Assembly: GCA_009785555.1 (NCBI GenBank) | Contig: WQWB01000001.1 | Coordinates: forward strand, 1-64,000 | Source of the DNA: Defluviitaleaceae bacterium | GTDB taxonomy: Bacteria > Bacillota > Clostridia > Lachnospirales > WRAX01 | Direction of reading: 5' to 3' | Length of the DNA: 64,000 nt | Shown here: in pieces, positions 18,503 through 28,499 of the stretch | Numbering within the stretch: the stretch's first letter is position 1 | Layout: each line of letters opens with the position of its first letter | Translations under genes and position numbers: made by a program | The notes under the pieces: model-generated | Database searches by the model: none | Told to the model about the DNA's origin: nothing | What the model saw: the letters and a program-made list of their open reading frames with translations, nothing else

Positions 18503-19234
18503 TCACCGCCAAACCCTCTTAATCTCACACCACTGCTCTCTGTCAATCCTGCGCCTGTTTTCCTTGTTGGCGGTATTGTTTTTTATCATCTTCGCAAACC
18601 GCTTAGGGCTGTATAACGTTTCCGTTAAGTATTTATGGCCAAAAGATAGCTGTACGGCTTCGTTTCCGGCCTCTTTACCAAATTCTGTATTTTTGGCCGA
18701 AGTGTAAAACCCATGCGGCGCAGGCGAAAACATCAGAATCGTCCGCACATCGTCTACGCCCTTCAATGCGCGGCTGTCCAATAAATTCTGCCTTTCCGTA
18801 TTAAGGTCAAACTGTATGGCTTTTTTCTTAACCTTCCCCCATGATTTAGCCGATCCGCTAAATCCTACCTTTCCAATATCGCGGCGACGGAAAATTATGC
18901 CGTTTCGCTTTACTTTATACGCCCACTCATCCGGCCGAGCGTATACCTCGCAAGTTTTGCGGAAGAACATGATCAACTTTATCAAATACAATGTATCGTT
19001 ATGCAGCACCAATATATCCGACGACCGGCCTCTTACCCCTGCCATAAACGTTCGAAAAGGTTTATAAGCAAACCTAATCCTACCGGTAATAGCGTTTAAA
19101 TACAACCATACGAACAATCTAACACGGCTGTGAACGCACCGCAAAACGTTTAACACGTCAACGATACGGTCTATAATAACTACGGTAACGGCAAACACCA
19201 ACAAGGCAAAAAGCCCGATCTGTATGATTCCCAT
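18503..19234 (-). CDS. membrane-anchored hypothetical protein, inserted between nfeD and floT
   Basis: N-terminal TM, 243 aa, no motif recognised. Confidence 0.35.
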   Translation of the reverse strand: MGIIQIGLFALLVFAVTVVIIDRIVDVLNVLRCVHSRVRLFVWLYLNAITGRIRFAYKPFRTFMAGVRGRSSDILVLHNDTLYLIKLIMFFRKTCEVYARPDEWAYKVKRNGIIFRRRDIGKVGFSGSAKSWGKVKKKAIQFDLNTERQNLLDSRALKGVDDVRTILMFSPAPHGFYTSAKNTEFGKEAGNEAVQLSFGHKYLTETLYSPKRFAKMIKNNTANKENRRRIDREQWCEIKRVWR

Positions 19235-19236
19235 AA

Positions 19237-19893
19237 TTAATTCTTAAGGTTTATAACATTGTGCATCTCAACGTCAAACGGTTCGGCGACCATCACGCCG
19301 TCACCCACGATATCCGTTACGCGTATCTTTGTGCCGGATTTTATGGCTTGCGGGTACTCGGTTATCGCGTCAACCTCGCGGAAGGTACCGTTTACAGTTA
19401 CGTGAATTTTGCCCCTTCCGCCCTCACCCGCCGCGGGTATTGTGAGGTACACCTCACCAACGCAGCCAAGCGCGGTGCGGTAATCCATCTTATGTACCAA
19501 TGCGAGGGACAGCAGCGCGCGCACAAGATACGCCACACCAACCATCGCCCCAAAACCGCAGGCAAACGCGATAAGCGAAGCCAAGCCCGCATGCAAACCG
19601 GCCTGCATGGATATAAACCCAGCCCAACCTGCAACGGTCAAAAACGCGATAATGCCGCGTGTTGTGATAAAGCGTAGGCCGACGTTGCCCGATTCACCTG
19701 TATCATCACCCAAGCCCCCGTCGCCGGATTCGTCCACTCCGGAAATCTCCGTATCCGTGCCTACACCAGCTCCCTCGTCCCCCACGCCAAAAAACAGCAT
19801 AACGGTCTGTATCAGCATAATAAGCGACGCGGGCAGCGCAATAAAGAAAAACACCCGCTCCATAAAGATAAGGCCTTCCCACCATGCAGTCAT
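19237..19893 (-). CDS. NfeD-family membrane protein with a C-terminal OB fold (flotillin partner)
   Basis: Multi-TM N-terminus, C-terminal beta-rich domain, upstream of floT as in yuaF-floT. Confidence 0.65.
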   Translation of the reverse strand: MTAWWEGLIFMERVFFFIALPASLIMLIQTVMLFFGVGDEGAGVGTDTEISGVDESGDGGLGDDTGESGNVGLRFITTRGIIAFLTVAGWAGFISMQAGLHAGLASLIAFACGFGAMVGVAYLVRALLSLALVHKMDYRTALGCVGEVYLTIPAAGEGGRGKIHVTVNGTFREVDAITEYPQAIKSGTKIRVTDIVGDGVMVAEPFDVEMHNVINLKN

Positions 19894-20048
19894 ACTATCA
19901 CCTTTTCCTTCTAATGGTAAGTTATATTTACATTATAGCATATTATAATCTTATGCACAAGAGCTTTTTTTATTTGTTATATTAACAAGCATTATCCCAT
20001 CGTATCCGCATATAATTGTACAAAACATGAATTTTTGGAGGTAACATT

Positions 20049-21617
20049 ATGCTTCTTAGGGAAGCTATTGAGCTTACGCAAAGCATAGGAACGGAAAAGA
20101 CCCAAATTCTGCTGGAGGGTGACATAATAGTGCCCGACACAAAGCCGGACATGCGCACCATCCTGCGCACGGACGCGGTTGTACAGATAGGCAAGGCGGA
20201 AAGCGCGCAGGATAAGGTTGTTTTTGCGGGAACACTTCAGATAAAGGCACTCTACTTGGCCAAGGAGTCGGTTAAGGACGCGGCCAAGGAAAAATATGTA
20301 CATAATCTCACCCTCACGGCTCCTATCGACGACTTCATCCGCATTGACGGCGCGGAAGCGAACATGCCCGTGGATATAACCGCCGAGGTGGCGCACGTCG
20401 AATACAAGATGGTTAACGACAGGAAGGTGAACTACCGCGCCGTCGTCAACGTAAGTTTCACCGTGTATTCGAAGACAGCCAAGGAGGCCGTCGTGGGTAT
20501 TGAAGGGTTGGGCGAGTCGCAGCACAAGAAAGTGCGCCACAGCTTTACCGGCGTCGTGGCCACGCTTACCGACAGCATCAGCTTAAAACATGACATGCTC
20601 CTACCGCCTGGTAAGCCAGCCATGTCGGTTATCCTCCAATCCGACACGCACCTGGCCAACAAAGAGGTTAAGATTGGCAACGGCAAGATAAGTGTAAGCG
20701 GCGAACTGCAGCTGCAAACCCTATACACAGCGGAAAACGGCGCGAGTTTTGACTTTGTGGAGTCGGAAATACCGTTTTCGGGCAATATAGAGATCCCGCA
20801 GATTAGGGATAATATGCAAGCCGACGTACGCCTGTCTGTAACGGAGTCGAACATCACCATCGGCAAGGACGACGACGGCGAAGAAAGAGTAATAAACGTT
20901 GACGTAACGGTGCTTGCCAATGTATGGGTACGCGACCACGGCGAGATAACGCTTTTAGAGGACGCGTACCATATAAACAAGGAGCTTGGCTTCACGCATG
21001 AGGCAGTGCAGTTCCCGCGCCAGGTGTGCCGCAACAAAAACCAATGCCCCATAAAAGAGATGATACGCATAGACGACGAACACCCAGAGATCCTCCAGAT
21101 CTACCAGGCAACCGGCAACCTAAATATCGAGACAGTGAAGCTGTATGAAGACAGGATGACCGTGGAGGGCGTTATCCACGCCGACATCCTATACATCGCG
21201 CGGGATGACGATACCCCGCTCTTCAACCACCGCGCCGTTATACCATTCAAGCAGACTATCGACGTAAAGGGCGCACAACCGCACATGGAAACGGCCATAG
21301 AGCACTCCATCGACCACATCGGCTTTAACATGCTCTCTGGGCGCGAAGTTGAGCTGCGCTTCCTCGTCTGCTTCACCGCCCGCGTAGTGGAGAACCGTTC
21401 CGTCAACATTATCACCGATATTGAGTTTGCAGACATCGACAAGGCAGTTTTGGATAAAATGGCGAGCGTAACCGTATACATCGTGCAAACCAACGACTGC
21501 GCCTGGACGATAGCCAAAAAGTTCAACACCAGCATCGATGACCTGTTGGCCGTAAACGAAATCGACGACCGCAACAACATAACACCCGGAACGCGGCTGT
21601 TAATTTTGAAGTCGTAG
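20049..21617 (+). CDS. SPOCS/DUF3794 domain protein with a C-terminal LysM (sporulation-associated)
   Basis: Repeated DUF3794-like beta modules. The C-terminal LysM reads VYIVQTNDCAWTIAKKFNTSIDDLLAVNEI. GGAGG RBS. Confidence 0.55.
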   Translation: MLLREAIELTQSIGTEKTQILLEGDIIVPDTKPDMRTILRTDAVVQIGKAESAQDKVVFAGTLQIKALYLAKESVKDAAKEKYVHNLTLTAPIDDFIRIDGAEANMPVDITAEVAHVEYKMVNDRKVNYRAVVNVSFTVYSKTAKEAVVGIEGLGESQHKKVRHSFTGVVATLTDSISLKHDMLLPPGKPAMSVILQSDTHLANKEVKIGNGKISVSGELQLQTLYTAENGASFDFVESEIPFSGNIEIPQIRDNMQADVRLSVTESNITIGKDDDGEERVINVDVTVLANVWVRDHGEITLLEDAYHINKELGFTHEAVQFPRQVCRNKNQCPIKEMIRIDDEHPEILQIYQATGNLNIETVKLYEDRMTVEGVIHADILYIARDDDTPLFNHRAVIPFKQTIDVKGAQPHMETAIEHSIDHIGFNMLSGREVELRFLVCFTARVVENRSVNIITDIEFADIDKAVLDKMASVTVYIVQTNDCAWTIAKKFNTSIDDLLAVNEIDDRNNITPGTRLLILKS

Positions 21618-21623
21618 GAAAAT

Positions 21624-21712
21624 GTCATTGTGAGGAAAGCTTTACTCCGAAGCAATCCAGTAAATGCCGATAAATCATCGTTTCTGGATTGCTTCTCTTC
21701 ACTCGCAATTAC
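21624..21712. repeat. GTCATTGYGAG / GAAGCAATCCAG palindromic element
   Basis: Unit + spacer + reverse-complement unit (GAAGCAATCCAG...CTGGATTGCTTC, GTCATTGTGAG...CTCGCAATTAC). Confidence 0.5.
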
Positions 21713-21748
21713 AAACAATATCTCATACCATTAATAGCCTCATTATTT

Positions 21749-21765
21749 TGTCGAAATATGTCGAA
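21749..21765 (+). promoter_or_regulatory. tandem Spo0A boxes (TGTCGAA x2, 10 bp apart) upstream of the regulator 2 promoter
   Basis: TTGTCGAAATATGTCGAAAA, 20-35 bp upstream of the -35. Confidence 0.4.
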
Positions 21766-21784
21766 AATTGTTGAACGATTTTTG

Positions 21785-21813
21785 TTGACACTTGTAATTA
21801 TGTGTAGTATAAT
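21785..21813 (+). promoter_or_regulatory. consensus sigma-A promoter TTGACA-17-TATAAT
   Basis: Read directly from the sequence. Confidence 0.5.
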
Positions 21814-21840
21814 CGCATCATAACAAATAACAACATACGG

Positions 21841-23103
21841 ATGACAAAAGTTATGACAATTTCCTCAAAATTGAACTCAATACGAAAAAAGCTGGGCATT
21901 TCGGAATCGACAGTTGCCTTAAACTTGGGATACCATATCAACAAGTTTATAGAGCTTGAAAACGGCGAGGCTACCATTTCCAACGAGCTTTTATCTAAGT
22001 GGAAGTTGGCTCTCGGCATCCCGGAAGTGCCAATAACAGACGTCGAGGTTCAGGCCTTTGAAGAATCGTTGTGGAACTGGCGCACGCTGATAAACTCATG
22101 GCTTGTTGACCTGGCTCGCGAAGGGCTGCACAAACTCAAACGCTGCGCCGAGCTGTCCTGCGAGCCGCATCTACAGCACGTCTACACGCTGATAAGCATA
22201 GGTTATTTCAGCATCGTTGACGATAATGAAGCAGCGGATAGGGCATTACAAATCCTAGCGGTTGATTATCTTAACCTTTCAACTATCAACAAAATACGCT
22301 TCCACACCATCCGCGGCAACCGTTATGCAAATAAGCATAACTACGCTAAGGCGTTTGAAGAACTGCATGAGGCATACATATTAAATGACGGCTCCAGCAT
22401 AGCTGGGCTTGGGTTATATTATGCGTTGGCGCAATGTTTAACTGTTTTTGGCTTTTCGTATAAAGCTATAGATCTATTGACAAAAACACGTGAAATGTAT
22501 AAAGCCGCGGGGGATGAAGTTACTTTAATATATTCAAACATTCCGCTTGCCTTAAACTATTCCCGTATCGGTGAGTTTGATAAGGCTATGCAGTTACTTA
22601 ACGAATCTTTAGACCAACAACCGGTTACGTCTTTATACCCCTCCATTTATTATGGTTATGCTAATCTATATAAAGCGATGGGTGATTATGATAAAGCGTT
22701 GGAGTTTTGTGAAAAAACTATAGAAAGCATTGATCTTAATAGCGAAATATATTTAAACGCTTTATATTTAAAAGCAGAAATTTTTACACTCCAAAATAAT
22801 ACAAAACCTCTATTAGAATGTATAGAAGAAGGACTAACCGCTTCCATCAATAATTACAGATCCTTGATAAGTTTCAACACAATAAAGCATATGAGAAATT
22901 TAAATAATGAAGAATCATTAAGTTACATAATAAATACATCAATTCCTTTTTTCGAGGAAGAGAAATATTATCGCACAGTTATAGAATATAATTTAAAACT
23001 ATGTGAGTATTTTGAAAAATGCGGTAACCATTCAATGGCTTTAAACCATCTAAAACAATCAATGAATTATGAACAAAAACTTTCAAAGGGTGATATTTCG
23101 TGA
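21841..23103 (+). CDS. XRE-family HTH + TPR transcriptional regulator (RNPP/NprR-like), paralog 2
   Basis: Homologous to 1367..2662 (HTH, ESLWNWRTLINSWLVD, TPR-like AT-rich C-terminal half). Its stop overlaps a peptide gene. Confidence 0.7.
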   Translation: MTKVMTISSKLNSIRKKLGISESTVALNLGYHINKFIELENGEATISNELLSKWKLALGIPEVPITDVEVQAFEESLWNWRTLINSWLVDLAREGLHKLKRCAELSCEPHLQHVYTLISIGYFSIVDDNEAADRALQILAVDYLNLSTINKIRFHTIRGNRYANKHNYAKAFEELHEAYILNDGSSIAGLGLYYALAQCLTVFGFSYKAIDLLTKTREMYKAAGDEVTLIYSNIPLALNYSRIGEFDKAMQLLNESLDQQPVTSLYPSIYYGYANLYKAMGDYDKALEFCEKTIESIDLNSEIYLNALYLKAEIFTLQNNTKPLLECIEEGLTASINNYRSLISFNTIKHMRNLNNEESLSYIINTSIPFFEEEKYYRTVIEYNLKLCEYFEKCGNHSMALNHLKQSMNYEQKLSKGDIS

Positions 23104-23279
23104 AAAAGGTTATTAAAATTAGTATTCCAATCTTAACAGTATTACTTTTATTTATAGCAATGACAAAGCCTATGTTTTCAGATCCAGGCCCTATCCTCCC
23201 ACCACTACCACCGTGCCCGATTTACGGTATAGACGGCAGAAGCATAGACCCATGCGAGCCGTGCGTCGAAGAAAGATAG
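23100..23279 (+). CDS. small secreted Cys-rich propeptide (59 aa, GTG start overlapping the regulator stop)
   Basis: VKKVIKISIPILTVLLLFIAMTKPMFS|DPGPILPPLPPCPIYGIDGRSIDPCEPCVEER. Confidence 0.5.
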   Translation: MKKVIKISIPILTVLLLFIAMTKPMFSDPGPILPPLPPCPIYGIDGRSIDPCEPCVEER

Positions 23280-23324
23280 CTTTCAAAAAAATAAGCCTGC
23301 CAAATAAAACGCACAACAAAAACG

Positions 23325-23353
23325 TCATTGCGAGCATCGCGAAACAATCCAGA
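23325..23353. repeat. GTCATTGCGAG...CAATCCAG unit (single arm)
   Basis: GTCATTGCGAGCATCGCGAAACAATCCAG. Confidence 0.4.
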
Positions 23354-23404
23354 AATTAAAATAATTAAAGATATATGAACAAAACCTATGGAAGGGGATT
23401 TGAC

Positions 23405-23587
23405 ATGAAAAAATTTATGAGATATATTTCTATACTTATAGTGACTATTGTTTTGTCTATTGGCTTTTCTATATCCTTAACCGCCGGAGGAGGAGATCCC
23501 GTTCTCCCACCACTACCGCCCTGCCCGATTTACGGCATAGACGGCAGAAGCATAGACCCATGCGGGCCATATACGGACGAAAAATAA
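23405..23587 (+). CDS. small secreted Cys-rich propeptide (60 aa), second copy
   Basis: MKKFMRYISILIVTIVLSIGFSISLTAGGG|DPVLPPLPPCPIYGIDGRSIDPCGPYTDEK. RBS-like AAGGGGA upstream. Confidence 0.55.
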   Translation: MKKFMRYISILIVTIVLSIGFSISLTAGGGDPVLPPLPPCPIYGIDGRSIDPCGPYTDEK

Positions 23588-23659
23588 CCGTAGGGGCGAA
23601 CTGTGTTCGCTTAAACCTATCGGTTGCACAATGCTTGACGAACACAGTTCGTCCCTACG
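23588..23659. repeat. CCGTAGGGGCG hairpin repeat (full palindrome)
   Basis: GTAGGGGCGAACTGTGTTCG...CGAACACAGTTCGTCCCTAC, 20-bp arms. Confidence 0.5.
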
Positions 23660-23758
23660 TTGGTAAGCGACTTACTCTTATCACTTACACTATGTCCAAT
23701 CTGCGACCCGTACGGTAAAAGCATAGACCCATGCGAACCGTATACGGACGAAAAATAA
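23660..23758 (+). pseudogene. remnant of a third peptide gene copy (no signal peptide): ...LCPICDPYGKSIDPCEPYTDEK
   Basis: The 3' end and the downstream CCGTAGGGGCG repeat duplicate those of the 23405 gene. Only a TTG start is available. Confidence 0.3.
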
Positions 23759-23765
23759 CCGTAAA

Positions 23766-23790
23766 CACGTAGGGGCGAACTGTGTTCGCC
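23766..23790. repeat. CCGTAGGGGCG repeat (half unit)
   Basis: ACGTAGGGGCGAACTGTGTTCGCC. Confidence 0.4.
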
Positions 23791-23935
23791 TGTATCTGCA
23801 TATACAAAAACGCTCCTCGCAATGACATTTCGTGACAAGCCGTACACCTAGAAAATAACCTTAAGCACTCCTTAAATATGAAAGCAAGCCTACGATTCAT
23901 TCCGTTGGCTTGCTTTATTTTTAATATAATATCGG

Positions 23936-24025
23936 CCACCGTAGGGGCGGTCTGTGACCGCCTTAACCCTTGAATATTTGTACACATCCTCTATCACGGG
24001 CGGTCATAGACCGCCCCTACGGTGG
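23936..24025. repeat. CCGTAGGGGCG repeat, 27-bp perfect-arm palindrome
   Basis: CCACCGTAGGGGCGGTCTGTGACCGCC...GGCGGTCATAGACCGCCCCTACGGTGG. Confidence 0.55.
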
Positions 24026-24050
24026 TATTACAACAACATCATCACTCACC

Positions 24051-24908
24051 CTAAAACTCATCCGGCAGCGTCTCCACCACATCGCACCTAAACACGGGGC
24101 CGTCTACGCAGGCGTATTTACTGCCTATATTGCACCGCCCGCACGTACCGACACCGCATTTCATACGCAGCTCCAGCGTCGTATACACTTGAGCCGGGGT
24201 GTAGCCCAGCTCATACAGGGCCGCCGCAACCGTCTTTATCATTATCGGCGGGCCGCACACCAAGGCGATCTTATCCTTATCTGGGTTTAATTCGCGTACG
24301 ATATTCGCCGCAAATCCAGTTCTGTGAGGCCAGCCGTCCTCCGGCCTGTCTACGGCCAGCGTAACTGTAAGGCCCTCACTCACCCAATGTTCCTCAATCT
24401 CTTTCCTAAAGACCAAGTCGGCAGACGAGCGCGCACAATACAATATATCCACCGCGCCGTAATTTTGGCGGTTATGCCTTACATAGTTAATGACGGAGCG
24501 TAGCGGCGCAAGGCCGATGCCACCCGCTATAAACATTAGATTTTTCCCCAAAAGCTCCCCCTCAACGGGGAAATGGTTGCCTAGCGGGCCGCGTATCGTT
24601 ATGCTTTGGCCAACCCCCACGCGGTGCAGCCAATTTGTAAGTTGCCCCACGGCCTTGATGGAAAATTCCATATTCTCCACATTCGTCGGGCTTGACGTTA
24701 TCGAAAACATCGCCTCGCCAACGCCTGGTATGGACAGCATCACGCAATGCCCCGGCATATGATCGATAGGCTTGCCCCCGCCGACGGCTTCTACGACAAA
24801 CGTCTTTACATCACCCGTTTCCTGCCGTATACCTACAATCTTCGCCACAGTCGGCACTAAAATATTTGAGTTACACATGAGTGGCCTCCTCTGTGCGTTT
24901 CCTTGCAT
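24051..24908 (-). CDS. FAD/NAD(P)-binding oxidoreductase with a C-terminal [2Fe-2S] (AsrB/PyrK-like electron-transfer subunit)
   Basis: FNR-like domain, C-terminal CGVGTCGRC...C. Confidence 0.75.
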   Translation of the reverse strand: MQGNAQRRPLMCNSNILVPTVAKIVGIRQETGDVKTFVVEAVGGGKPIDHMPGHCVMLSIPGVGEAMFSITSSPTNVENMEFSIKAVGQLTNWLHRVGVGQSITIRGPLGNHFPVEGELLGKNLMFIAGGIGLAPLRSVINYVRHNRQNYGAVDILYCARSSADLVFRKEIEEHWVSEGLTVTLAVDRPEDGWPHRTGFAANIVRELNPDKDKIALVCGPPIMIKTVAAALYELGYTPAQVYTTLELRMKCGVGTCGRCNIGSKYACVDGPVFRCDVVETLPDEF

Positions 24909-25871
24909 TAATAAATGCCAGCATAACTTTTACGATATTAATGTAAACCGGACACTTTGCTACGCAGCGCCCACAGCCTGTACAGGCATACATACCATTA
25001 TTTTGCATAAAATATACCAGCTTGTGCATATACCGCTGACGGAAGCGCGGAAGCGCGGCTAACCGCGGGTTGCCATGCGCCATTTGGGTAAAATCCCTAT
25101 AAATGCACGAATCCCATGTACGGCATCTTTCAACCTCGCCGTTACCTAGGCGCCTGTCACCAATATCATAGCAATGGCATGTCGGGCAGATAAACGTGCA
25201 CGTCCCGCAGGTTAGGCACGCTCTCTGCAACTCGTCCCATTCATCCGAATTAAACAAAGCCAGCATTTCCTCTTCGCCAATACTTTTAAGAGCCTCCGCA
25301 ACGTGCGGCACGAGCGGCATCTTTATATCCCCGACCGCAGCCGTACGCCGTTCCGCAAGGTTGGTGATGTCGCATTCGTTCACTTCGGTAAGCAAATGCT
25401 TATCTTTTCGGTAAGTTCCGCGCCTTTTTCCGTTACAACCTGCCAAAAGATTGTATCGCAAACCGCGGTAATAGTCACATCACCGTACGCGCCGCTAACC
25501 GGGTCCAGGCCAAACGCCGTGCAGAAGCATGTATCATCCTGCGTTAGGCAGGCTTCGGTTACGATAACTGCAGCTTCCCGCCTTGTTTTGTACATTGCGT
25601 CCACCGGTTCTTTCAAAAACACCTTGTCCAGCACGCGGATGGCCGCCTCGTCGCACGCGCTGACACCGAAAAGAACGAACGGCTCACAAACCACGTTGCC
25701 TCCAAGTACCTCAATTTCTTGTTTATGCGTGCGGAAAGACACAATTTTTTCATTTTGTGGAAAGAAAAAAGCCTTAATATTGCTGTTTTTATCAATAGTA
25801 TGGGTGACCATCTGCAAGCTAAGCGCCGCCAAAAGTTCTTCCTTTTTCCGTGCGGAGATTTTGTACGTCAT
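24871..25871 (-). pseudogene. AsrA-like Fe-S subunit encoded by two frame-shifted ORFs (25871..25380 and 25461..24871)
   Basis: N-terminal part, then a C-terminal part with CLTCGTCTFICPTCHC and CTGCGRCVAKCP ferredoxin motifs. The frames switch near an A5 run at ~25410. Confidence 0.5.
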
Positions 25872-26740
25872 TCTATCCCTCCCGGCTCCGGGTCGCTCAG
25901 TTCAAAACTATGGAGCGGCGACGTTTGGTCGGCCGCCTCGCCAGCTTGGAACTCTCCGTATAAATTATTGATATCCTTGATAAACTTGCGGTTGAGAAGA
26001 TACAGCGGAATACCCTCTGGACAGGCGCGGCTGCATTCGCCGCAATCCGTACACCGCCCTGCAACATGGTACGCGCGTATTATATGGTATATATTCTCCT
26101 CATCCTCGCCGGCGTTGGATTTGGCTGCTATGCCGGAGTTTGGGTTATCAAACACGCAACTCTTACAATTGCACGACACACAGATATTTCGGCAGGCGTG
26201 GCAACGCTGGCAACGCGATAGATGGCCGCGCCAAAACCCTTCGCGCTCGGCCTCTGTCAACCCCTCAAGGCGCGCAACCTCTTCAAACCTATTAACCTTA
26301 CCTGTCTCTTCTGAAATCTCCGCACCGATTACTTCGTCAAAAATTTTATGCTCCTTGTTGGTGCAAGCAAGGCACTTTTCCAAAGGCTCTCTACCCTTTC
26401 CCTGCATCCCAGGGCAGCCTACCCCAATGATATACATATCTTTACGGTTAAGCTGCCTTTCCCCAACCAAAAGGTTTAAGCCGTACGTTTCACACGGACG
26501 CGCCAAAACCAAAGTCTTACCCTCATCAATTTTATTTCTTGCAAGTGTTTTGGTAAGATTAACGCCGCAAAACCTGTTGTAGTCAATTTTATCGGCATTA
26601 TCAAGGAACGCAGGCTCGTAGTCATACTCAAGCAAACCACGCCGCCACGCGAGTATGCGCGACACCGCGCCGCTTTCCAACAATTCCGCCGCGCGGGTTT
26701 TTAGTTTCTCGTTCATAGAATCAAACATCATGCCGTACAC
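25868..26740 (-). CDS. 4Fe-4S dicluster domain protein (first gene of the AsrAB-like module)
   Basis: CQRCHACRNICVSC and CTDCGECSRACPEG motifs. Confidence 0.6.
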   Translation of the reverse strand: MYGMMFDSMNEKLKTRAAELLESGAVSRILAWRRGLLEYDYEPAFLDNADKIDYNRFCGVNLTKTLARNKIDEGKTLVLARPCETYGLNLLVGERQLNRKDMYIIGVGCPGMQGKGREPLEKCLACTNKEHKIFDEVIGAEISEETGKVNRFEEVARLEGLTEAEREGFWRGHLSRCQRCHACRNICVSCNCKSCVFDNPNSGIAAKSNAGEDEENIYHIIRAYHVAGRCTDCGECSRACPEGIPLYLLNRKFIKDINNLYGEFQAGEAADQTSPLHSFELSDPEPGGIE

Positions 26741-27332
26741 TCACTTTCCTATCCGTCTTCATATACAAAAAAAAGTTAAACCCACTACGCTTCGACGGTG
26801 ACGGCTTGCGGGAAAATTCGCGGAAACCGAGCTTTTCGTACAGCGAGATTGCCCCGGCATTTACGTCCACAACCTCAAGCATGTATCCATCAAAATGCAG
26901 TATTTCCATAACATGTGACAATAACTTAAAAGCAATACCCTTACGCGTATGTGCAAGCGACGTAGCCACAAACTCTATTATACACATATCCTCGGGTATT
27001 TCTACGGGCGCCGGCGGGTTTATAACAAACTTGTTTAACGCCCAATACGCAACCCTCCCACGGATAAATCCAAGCTCATTAATCAATATCTTCTTATCAG
27101 CCTTAGCAGGAGGCGGTTTCTGCGCAGTAACGCCAACCATCGCCATGATCTCGCCGTTTTCGACGGCCACGAAAAACTTGTCCAACACAAATATATGCGC
27201 CGTCGCTCTTGCCAATTTCGCTTTATCCTTAGACAAGAATTTCAAACCGTGCTCATAAAACCCTTCCGCAAAAATCCTGCCCATCTGCGGTCGCGGGTCG
27301 AATGGCAAATCGGATGCCTTTATATATTCCAT
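26721..27332 (-). CDS. GNAT family N-acetyltransferase
   Basis: Acetyl-CoA binding motif region RKGIAFKLL, GNAT fold. Confidence 0.7.
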   Translation of the reverse strand: MEYIKASDLPFDPRPQMGRIFAEGFYEHGLKFLSKDKAKLARATAHIFVLDKFFVAVENGEIMAMVGVTAQKPPPAKADKKILINELGFIRGRVAYWALNKFVINPPAPVEIPEDMCIIEFVATSLAHTRKGIAFKLLSHVMEILHFDGYMLEVVDVNAGAISLYEKLGFREFSRKPSPSKRSGFNFFLYMKTDRKVSVRHDV

Positions 27333-27404
27333 TATAATTTACCTCACGAGTTTAACTTCAATACCAGTATAACAAAATCATATAATAAAGTCACGAAAAA
27401 TTTA

Positions 27405-27434
27405 TTGACACACCACATAAATTGATGATATAAT
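27405..27434 (+). promoter_or_regulatory. sigma-A promoter upstream of gap (TTGACA-18-TATAAT)
   Basis: Read directly from the sequence. Confidence 0.45.
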
Positions 27435-27458
27435 TGAGAATCATAAGATAAAAGATAA

Positions 27459-28484
<1,026 letters not shown>

Positions 28485-28499
28485 AGGGAGGTTAGGTAA

